10,656 bases of DNA from Candidatus Omnitrophota bacterium. GTDB lineage: Bacteria > Omnitrophota > Gorgyraeia > JAGLLT01. How positions within the stretch are numbered: position 1 is the first letter of the stretch; each line of letters begins with the position of its first letter. The position numbers were made by a program, and so were the translations under genes. The notes under the pieces were generated by a model, which did not search any database, was not told where the DNA came from, and saw nothing but the letters and a program-made list of their open reading frames with translations. Positions 1 through 5,941 of the stretch are shown piece after piece. Where the stretch lies: positions 1 to 10,656 of the forward strand of contig JAGLLT010000009.1 of NCBI GenBank assembly GCA_023140385.1, in the 5' to 3' direction.

Positions 1-129
1 GTAATCTCCTGGCGTACCGGCTCTGATATAGAGGGAAGAACTTATACCGTTAGTGTTGTGGTGACCGACAAAGCGGGCAACTCCACCACCAAAGAAACAG
101 TAGCCATTGTTCCCCATGATATGAGGTAG
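1..129 (+). CDS. 3' end of a gene starting upstream of the window; C-terminal Ig-like/beta-sandwich module of a probable extracellular protein
   Basis: Frame 1 is open from base 1 to TAG at 127-129: VISWRTGSDIEGRTYTVSVVVTDKAGNSTTKETVAIVPHDMR*. The GRxYxxxxxxTDxAGN...VPHD pattern is typical of C-terminal Ig-like modules in secreted proteins. Confidence 0.65.
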   Translation, partial: VISWRTGSDIEGRTYTVSVVVTDKAGNSTTKETVAIVPHDMR

Positions 130-183
130 CCCTTAACATCTCTTTAGCCTCTTGCCCCCGTTATTGACATTAAAAGAAAATTC

Positions 184-212
184 TTGTTTTTTAACTGGAT
201 TTAATATATAAT
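184..212 (+). promoter_or_regulatory. Putative sigma70-type promoter of the PEP-CTERM gene
   Basis: TTGTTT (184-189), 17-bp spacer, TATAAT (207-212), in an AT-rich intergenic region 58 nt before the ATG at 271. Confidence 0.4.
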
Positions 213-270
213 ATCCACACATTATAAAAACCACTATTTATTTTTTCATCAAAAGCGGACACATCTAAAA

Positions 271-909
271 ATGAGAAAGTCTTATATTGTAACAGCAGTT
301 TTTGTTTTTAGTCTAGTTTTAAATTTGAATTTCTCTTTCCCCGCCCAAGCGGTAAATCTACTTAATAATCCGGGTTTTGAAGATATTGAAGATGACAACC
401 CTCTTCATTGGGACTTTGCGGGTATGTCAATGTATTCTGACGGCTGTTCTTCTACCGATGCTCACTGGGGAGAGAGGTCTGTATCCACATACATTTATGG
501 CTCGGGGTATTTAGGCGCCTCGTGGCTTCAGGTGATCAATGATGTTAGTCCGGACGATTTAATTGAAGTCAGCTGTTGGGCTAAGCTCGCGCCTATGTGT
601 TATGGTGAGGCGGGGGCAAGAATGTTTGTGGATTTTTTAGGAGAAAATGAGCAATTTATCGGATATATGACAACCAATGAAATATCAACACAAAGCGGCG
701 ACTGCTGGTCTTGGACTAATCTTACGACTGTTGGGGTTGTTCCTCAAGGCACTGAAACAATTCGCGTGGGGCTTTCAACATATGCTGTCTATCAAGGTAA
801 AGCCTACTTTGACGACGCGCATGTATCAGTTGTTCCGGAACCCGGCACTTTATTATTATTAAGCGGCGGTCTAATTAGCCTTTTAGCTTGCTCGCGAAGA
901 AAAAAATAA
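271..909 (+). CDS. PEP-CTERM sorting domain-containing secreted protein with a probable CBM-like (galactose-binding jelly-roll) domain
   Basis: Signal peptide ending AQA. The mature chain starts VNLLNNPGFE (CBM_4_9-like) and ends YFDDAHVS. The C-terminus VVPEPGTLLLLSGGLISLLACSRRKK is VPEP + transmembrane helix + basic tail. Confidence 0.9.
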   Translation: MRKSYIVTAVFVFSLVLNLNFSFPAQAVNLLNNPGFEDIEDDNPLHWDFAGMSMYSDGCSSTDAHWGERSVSTYIYGSGYLGASWLQVINDVSPDDLIEVSCWAKLAPMCYGEAGARMFVDFLGENEQFIGYMTTNEISTQSGDCWSWTNLTTVGVVPQGTETIRVGLSTYAVYQGKAYFDDAHVSVVPEPGTLLLLSGGLISLLACSRRKK

Positions 910-1001
910 GCATATCTAATAAAAACAACTCCCCACTATAGTCATTAGTGTATAGCAAAAAGCCACTTCAAACTTTTTACTCCCTCCCCCCTTTTTTTCA
1001 C

Positions 1002-1029
1002 TTGACATAAATAGAAAGAAGTATATAAT
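1002..1029 (+). promoter_or_regulatory. Sigma70 promoter for the rex-hyd operon
   Basis: Perfect TTGACA (1002-1007), 16-bp spacer, perfect TATAAT (1024-1029), 36 nt upstream of the rex ATG. Confidence 0.8.
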
Positions 1030-1038
1030 AATATTCTC

Positions 1039-1060
1039 AATCGTTCTAAATTTCACGATT
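1039..1060. promoter_or_regulatory. Putative Rex operator
   Basis: AATCGTTCTAAATTTCACGATT has palindromic ends AATCGT/ACGATT. The 18-bp core TCGTTCT-AAAT-TTCACGA (1041-1058) fits the Rex layout TTGTGAA-N4-TTCACAA, with the right half matching 6/7. It lies between the -10 box and the rex start. Confidence 0.6.
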
Positions 1061-1065
1061 AAGCT

Positions 1066-1683
1066 ATGAAAAATATTTCACGCAGGACAGTTGATAGGGC
1101 GCTTATTTATATAAGAACTCTTGAACACTTAATAAAAGAGAAGCGTTATCTGGTTTCGTCAAAGGACTTAGCTTTGATTACCGGCATCAGCGATGTGCAG
1201 ATACGCAAGGATATATCCAGCTTTGGCAAGGTCGGAAGGCCGAGAATAGGATATAAGACGGCTGAGCTGAATAAAACTTTAAAAGGCTTTGTCCTGCAGG
1301 AGAATGTTGTTCATGTGGCGCTCTTTGGTGTGGGTCATCTGGGTACGGCTATATTGAGGTACCCGGCTTTTAATGAGGACAACATCAAGTTAGTTGCCGC
1401 CTTTGAAAAGGATAAAAGCAAGATAGGCAAAAAGATAAACGGCGTCAGGGTTTATCCTGTAGAGATGGCTCCGAAGATTATTAAAAGGACACACGCCGAT
1501 TTAGGGATAATTGCCGTTCCCGCCTCTCATAGCCAGGAGGTAGCGGATATTATGGTTTTATCCGGCCTGAGAGGTATAGTAAATTTCGCGCCGGCGTCAA
1601 TCAGCGTTCCTAAAAGTGTAATTGTTAAGGATATTGATTTTACGATTGAGCTTCTTTCGCTCTTTTGTAACAGCCAGAGGTAA
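1066..1683 (+). CDS. rex: Redox-sensing (NADH/NAD+) transcriptional repressor Rex
   Basis: Winged-helix N-terminus (VSSKDLA...QIRKDISSFGKVGRPRIGY), Rossmann motif GVGHLG, C-terminal GIVNFAP; 205 aa. Confidence 0.96.
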   Translation: MKNISRRTVDRALIYIRTLEHLIKEKRYLVSSKDLALITGISDVQIRKDISSFGKVGRPRIGYKTAELNKTLKGFVLQENVVHVALFGVGHLGTAILRYPAFNEDNIKLVAAFEKDKSKIGKKINGVRVYPVEMAPKIIKRTHADLGIIAVPASHSQEVADIMVLSGLRGIVNFAPASISVPKSVIVKDIDFTIELLSLFCNSQR

Positions 1684-1712
1684 TGTATAAAAATAATTAA
1701 CAGGAGAAAGCG

Positions 1713-2189
1713 ATGGCAAAGGTATGCGCGGTTCCGAAAAAGATAATTAAGGACGGCAAAGAGGTGATGGTTTGCGATGAAACCCGCTCAAGGCTTCTTC
1801 CCGTGCTTCAGAGTATTCAGGATAAAGAGGGGTATATATCGGATAAAAATATGCAGGAAGTCGCGGATATGTTTGGCATTCATCCGGTCGAGGTTTTTTC
1901 TGTAATTACTTTTTACTCCTTTTTGTCGGAGAAGAAGAAAGGTAAGCATATTATCAGGGTGAGTAATTGTGTTTCAAATGTGATGGCCGGCAGTGAGAAA
2001 GTTATCAATGAGTTTGAAAAGGCGCTTAAGATAAAAACCGGCCAGACTACCAAGGACGGCAAATTTACTCTTGAGAGAACCAGTTGTATCGGTATGTGCG
2101 ACGAGGCGCCGGCCGTTATGGTTGATGATAAATTAATAGGGAAAGTAACTCCTCAAAAAGTGAAAAAAATAATCCAGGAGCAGAAGTAA
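1713..2189 (+). CDS. hydC: [FeFe]-hydrogenase gamma subunit, NuoE/24-kDa thioredoxin-like, with a degenerate [2Fe-2S] motif
   Basis: Motifs LLPVLQSIQDKEGYI, VITFYSF and GQTTKDGKFTLERTSCIGMCDEAP. AGGAG ribosome-binding site upstream. The first Cys pair is replaced by SNCVSN. Confidence 0.9.
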   Translation: MAKVCAVPKKIIKDGKEVMVCDETRSRLLPVLQSIQDKEGYISDKNMQEVADMFGIHPVEVFSVITFYSFLSEKKKGKHIIRVSNCVSNVMAGSEKVINEFEKALKIKTGQTTKDGKFTLERTSCIGMCDEAPAVMVDDKLIGKVTPQKVKKIIQEQK

Positions 2190-3424
2190 TGAAAGTAAAA
2201 GACAAAAAGATGGAAAACGCGCCGAAGAGGCAGGGATTGGTTATTTTTAGTGAGATTGAGAAGGGGGCGGGATTAGAGAGCGTCCTTAAGATAAAAAGAG
2301 AGCAGGTTGTTGCCGAGATAAGCGCCTCTAATTTAAAAGGCAGAGGCGGGGCGGGCTTTCCAACCGGGCTAAAATGGAAGTTCGCGGCCCAGGAAAAGGA
2401 TGAGCAGAAGTACGTTGTCTGTAACGCGGACGAAGGTGAGCCGGGAACTTTTAAAGACAGGGTACTCCTTTCTGAGTACGCTCCGTTGTTTTTGGAAGGT
2501 ATGGTTATCGCGGCCTACGCCATTGGAGCCGCGCAGGGCTTTGTTTATCTGCGAGGAGAATATAAGTCATTTGTGCCTGCTTTAGAAGATGAGTTGAAGG
2601 AGATGAGGAAAAACAGTCTCCTTGGTGAAAATATTGGCGGTAAAAAAGGGTTTAATTTTGATATAGAAGTTCGTCTGGGCGCCGGGGCTTATATCTGCGG
2701 CGAGGAGACGGCTTTAATAGAATCTCTTGAGGGAAATCGCGGTGAGCCGAGAAACAGGCCGCCTTTTCCGGTTAATACCGGCTATAATGGCCACCCAACG
2801 ATTGTTAATAACGTAGAGACATTCGCGGCGGTAGTTCATATAGCCGCCAAGGGAGCGGGCTGGTTTAAGGCAATAGGAACGGAAAAGTCAGCCGGCACAA
2901 AACTGTTGAGTGTTTCCGGTGACTGCGGGAGGCCGGGGGTTTATGAGGCTGCCTACGGTATTTCGATAAAAGAGATACTTAAGATGGCTGACGCCAAAGA
3001 TGTCAAGGCGGTGCAGGTTGGCGGGGCCTCGGGAATTTGTGTGCCCAAAAGCCAGTTTAGCCGTACAATCGCTTATGAAGATTTATCTACAGGCGGTTCC
3101 ATTATTATTTTCGGCCAAAAAAGGAATTTACTTGATGCTGTTGAAAACTTCCTCGAGTTTTTTGAAGAAGAGTCCTGCGGGCAGTGTACGCCGTGCAGGG
3201 AAGGAATTCCGGTATTAATTGAAGCCGTCAAAATGTTAAAAAAGGGAGAGTGCGGCAAGGAATACTTAAAAGACATCCTTTCTTTGTGCGAGACGATGCA
3301 GCTAGCTTCGAAGTGCGGCCTGGGACAGTCTTGCCCCAACACCCTTATTTCTATAATAAATAATTTTAAGCGAGAGTATACTTTATCAAAGGACAGTAAA
3401 CAGGAGAAAGCATTCAATGGATAA
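2189..3424 (+). CDS. hydB: [FeFe]-hydrogenase beta (diaphorase) subunit, NuoF/HoxF-like: FMN/NADH binding, SLBB domain, one [4Fe-4S]
   Basis: Motifs LKGRGGAGFPTGLKW, CNADEGEPGTFKDR, GAGAYICGEETALIESLEG and ESCGQCTPCREG...SKCGLG. The start overlaps the hydC stop (TAATG). An alternative start at 2210 is possible. Confidence 0.93.
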   Translation: MKVKDKKMENAPKRQGLVIFSEIEKGAGLESVLKIKREQVVAEISASNLKGRGGAGFPTGLKWKFAAQEKDEQKYVVCNADEGEPGTFKDRVLLSEYAPLFLEGMVIAAYAIGAAQGFVYLRGEYKSFVPALEDELKEMRKNSLLGENIGGKKGFNFDIEVRLGAGAYICGEETALIESLEGNRGEPRNRPPFPVNTGYNGHPTIVNNVETFAAVVHIAAKGAGWFKAIGTEKSAGTKLLSVSGDCGRPGVYEAAYGISIKEILKMADAKDVKAVQVGGASGICVPKSQFSRTIAYEDLSTGGSIIIFGQKRNLLDAVENFLEFFEEESCGQCTPCREGIPVLIEAVKMLKKGECGKEYLKDILSLCETMQLASKCGLGQSCPNTLISIINNFKREYTLSKDSKQEKAFNG

Positions 3425-5315
3425 CAAAAAACCGTTCGCGGAGGATACATCGAGAGCTCCCGTAAGCCAGAGAACCCAGCCGGTTGGCGAGGCGGACAAG
3501 AAGGCTTTGGGCGCGACAGTAAAGGCTGTAATTGACGATGTAGAGATTACGGTGCCGTTGGGCACGACTATTTTAGACGCGGCTAAAGAGGTCAATATAA
3601 AAATTCCTACGCTTTGTCATCATGATGACCTTTGCCTGGCAGGCGTCTGCCGTATGTGCGTGGTTGAAGTAGAAGGTGAGCGAACCCTTCAGGCGGCCTG
3701 TTCGTATCCTATATTTCGCCCCATTAAGGTAAAGACCTACTCTCCGGCGGTAAGGCGGGCAAGGAGAAACATTATTCAGCTTAGCTTAAGAAGGCATTAT
3801 GGAGAGTGTTACTCCTGTGCCAGAAACAACAACTGCGAACTGCAGACGCTGGCCAAGGAGTATGGAGTGACGACATATAAATTCGGCCACGTTAGTGAGC
3901 CGCAGTATAAAAAAGATTTCTCGAGTTATTCTCTTGAACGCGATATGAACAAATGTGTTTTGTGCCGCCGCTGTGTCAGAACCTGCATTGACTTGCAGGA
4001 AGTTGGCGTGCTGGAAGCGGCTTACAGGGGATCCGAGACTAAGATTGTAACTTATCTGGACAAGCCGCTTACGGATGTAGTCTGCATCAACTGCGGCCAG
4101 TGTATTAACAGATGCCCGACGGGCGCCTTAAAGGCAAAAGATCCCTCGCAGGTAGTTTGGGACGCGATAGAAGATCCCGCCAAACACGTTATTATCCAAA
4201 CGGCTCCCAGCCCGCGCGCCGCTATCGGGGAGGAGTTTGGGCTGCCGGCAGGCACAAGTGTTACCAAAAAAATGAACACCGCTCTTAAAAGAGTAGGTTT
4301 TGATAAGATTTTTGATACCAACTTTACGGCTGACCTTACCATTATGGAAGAGGGTACTGAGCTGCTTTTGAGGCTGAAAAAGGCATTGGTAGATGGGGAT
4401 AAAAATGTTAAGCTTCCTCAGTTTACCTCGTGTTCTCCCGGTTGGGTGAAGTATATAGAACACTTTTATCCGGAGAAGCTCGGGCATGTATCAAGCTGTA
4501 AGTCTCCACAGCAGATGTTCGGGGCTATTGTCAAGACATGGTATGCCGAGCGTAACAACATTGATCCGAAGAACATTGTCAGCGTTTCACTTATGCCCTG
4601 TTCGGCAAAAAAGTTTGAGTGCGAGCGTCCGGAAATGAACGACTCCGGCTTCAAGGATGTAGACTATGCCCTAACCACGCGTGAGCTGGCGGGGATGATT
4701 AAGGAGTGTGGTATTGATTTGCCGAACCTTCCTGACTCAGACTTTGACGACCCGCTTGGCATCGGTTCAGGCGCGGCTTTGATTTTTGGGGCAACCGGCG
4801 GCGTGATGGAGGCGGCCCTGAGAACAGCCTACGAGATAGTTACCGGCGAAGAGGTTCCTTTCAAGAAACTACGCATAACTCCGGTGCGAGGCATGGAGGG
4901 CATTAGAACCGCCGAAATTCCGATTAAGAAAGCTGTTAAGGATTGGAAATTTTTAGAGAGCGCGACACTTAAGGTGATGATCGGCCATGGTACGGCAAAT
5001 GCCAAGAAAATAATGGACATGCTTTGTGAAGGCAAGCTTGACGATTATCACTTTATTGAGATTATGGCCTGTCCCGGCGGATGCCTGGGCGGCGGCGGAC
5101 AGCCGATTCCGACCAGCCCCGCGATAAGGGAAGCCAGGGCCAGGGCGATTTACGCCGAGGACGAAGGCCTGCCGTATAGAAAGTCACACGAAAATCCCAT
5201 TGTCACGCAGATTTATAAGGAGTTTTTGACCGATGGGCCGTGCGGGCATAAAAGCCATAAGTTACTGCACACTTCTTATACCGCGCGCGGCAAGTGGATA
5301 GGGAAGAAGAAGTAA
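3417..5315 (+). CDS. hydA: [FeFe]-hydrogenase catalytic subunit, group A, multimeric type: [2Fe-2S], His-ligated [4Fe-4S], 2x[4Fe-4S], H-cluster
   Basis: Accessory cluster motifs IPTLC...GVCRMC...AC, HYGECYSCARNNNC, CVLCRRCVRTC and CINCGQCINRCP. H-cluster motifs TSCSPGW, MPCSAKKFE and EIMACPGGCLGGGGQP. C-terminal small-subunit-like RKSHENP...HKLLHT. Confidence 0.97.
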   Translation: MDNKKPFAEDTSRAPVSQRTQPVGEADKKALGATVKAVIDDVEITVPLGTTILDAAKEVNIKIPTLCHHDDLCLAGVCRMCVVEVEGERTLQAACSYPIFRPIKVKTYSPAVRRARRNIIQLSLRRHYGECYSCARNNNCELQTLAKEYGVTTYKFGHVSEPQYKKDFSSYSLERDMNKCVLCRRCVRTCIDLQEVGVLEAAYRGSETKIVTYLDKPLTDVVCINCGQCINRCPTGALKAKDPSQVVWDAIEDPAKHVIIQTAPSPRAAIGEEFGLPAGTSVTKKMNTALKRVGFDKIFDTNFTADLTIMEEGTELLLRLKKALVDGDKNVKLPQFTSCSPGWVKYIEHFYPEKLGHVSSCKSPQQMFGAIVKTWYAERNNIDPKNIVSVSLMPCSAKKFECERPEMNDSGFKDVDYALTTRELAGMIKECGIDLPNLPDSDFDDPLGIGSGAALIFGATGGVMEAALRTAYEIVTGEEVPFKKLRITPVRGMEGIRTAEIPIKKAVKDWKFLESATLKVMIGHGTANAKKIMDMLCEGKLDDYHFIEIMACPGGCLGGGGQPIPTSPAIREARARAIYAEDEGLPYRKSHENPIVTQIYKEFLTDGPCGHKSHKLLHTSYTARGKWIGKKK

Positions 5316-5346
5316 AAAGTAACGGGCGTTAAAAGCCTTTTAATAA

Positions 5347-5442
5347 TCCTGCGATAAGGACTTAGGGTCTAAGTTCAAGGGAAACAAACGGGAATGTTAA
5401 ACCCAGTCTTATCGCGGAAAAATGGATAAGGCTGGGTTTTTT
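5347..5442 (+). promoter_or_regulatory. Candidate cis-regulatory structured RNA (attenuator/riboswitch-like) upstream of the maturation genes
   Basis: CTGCGATAAGG (5349-5359) can pair with TCTTATCGCGG (5407-5417), which overlaps the 5' arm of the terminator. An internal hairpin ACTTAG-GGT-CTAAGT lies at 5360-5374. Confidence 0.55.
5399..5442 (+). terminator. Rho-independent terminator downstream of hydA
   Basis: AAACCCAGTCTTATC (5399-5413) pairs with GATAAGGCTGGGTTT (5425-5439): 15 bp with one G-U, an 11-nt loop, and a T6 run at 5437-5442. Confidence 0.8.
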
Positions 5443-5471
5443 AGTAATGTTATAAGTTATATTCATTGTAA

Positions 5472-5620
5472 AAATCCTAAATACTAAGCACTAAATACTA
5501 AACAAATCCAAATGTCCAAAATGCAAATGACCAAAACAAAGACACTTAAGATTTATAACATTTGAGCATTAGAATTTTGAAATTATTTAGGATTTAGATA
5601 TTAGGATTTAGAGTTTGTTT
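5472..5620. repeat. Imperfect long inverted repeat made of degenerate heptamer units
   Basis: Left arm AAATCCT AAATACT AAGCACT AAATACT AAACAAAT (5472-5507). Right arm ATTATTT AGGATTT AGATATT AGGATTT AGAGTTT (5582-5616), which is a degenerate reverse complement in the same register. Confidence 0.8.
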
Positions 5621-5688
5621 AGAGCTTTTTAAATGTATAAAGGGTAAATAATTTTGACAATACGTTTGTTTCACGGGGAGGTAAATAT

Positions 5689-5940
5689 ATGGATAAGCGA
5701 TTGGGATTTATAGGGGTGATTTTAGAGAATAGAAAAGAAAAGGCGCCTTTGGTAAATGAAGTGCTTACATCATACGGAGACATTATTATTGCCAGGACAG
5801 GTTTGCCTTATAAAGAAAAGCACTGCAGTGTAATTACTCTTATAGTAGACGCTACTACGGATGAGCTTGGGGCTCTAACCGGTAAACTGGGCAAGATTGA
5901 GGGAGTATCGGTTAAATCCGCTCTAAGCAAAGGTAAATAA
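5689..5940 (+). CDS. TM1266-family 'iron-only hydrogenase system regulator' (small ACT/NikR-C-like protein)
   Basis: 83 aa, MDKRLGFIGVILENR...VNEVLTSYGDIIIARTGLPY...VITLIVDATTDELGALTGKLGKIEGVSVKS. GGAGGT ribosome-binding site at 5677-5682. Located next to hyd maturases. Confidence 0.88.
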   Translation: MDKRLGFIGVILENRKEKAPLVNEVLTSYGDIIIARTGLPYKEKHCSVITLIVDATTDELGALTGKLGKIEGVSVKSALSKGK

Positions 5941-5941
5941 A

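Noticed and set aside
930..1001. Small inverted repeats and a pyrimidine tract after the PEP-CTERM gene, as a possible terminator
   Set aside because: The stems are only about 5 bp, AT-rich and not adjacent to the T run.
1066..1083. Second Rex-like inverted pattern TGAA-AAATAT-TTCA at the rex start
   Set aside because: The spacer is 6 nt rather than 4 and the flanks are weak.
5408..5430. CTTATC...GATAAG resembles the SAM-I riboswitch P1 helix, attractive because radical SAM genes follow
   Set aside because: Only 11 nt separate the two strands, and the SAM-I core (kink-turn P2, GCAACC, GGTGC) is absent.
5472..5620. CRISPR array or IS terminal inverted repeats
   Set aside because: The units are contiguous degenerate 7-mers without unique spacers, and there is no cas gene, transposase or clear target-site duplication.
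5615..5659. Possible internal promoter for the maturases (TTGTTT 5615-5620 with TATAAA 5636-5641; TTGACA 5654-5659)
   Set aside because: The first pair is spaced 15 bp apart, and the TTGACA has no -10 box at a usable distance. It is not supported, but cannot be excluded without start-site data.
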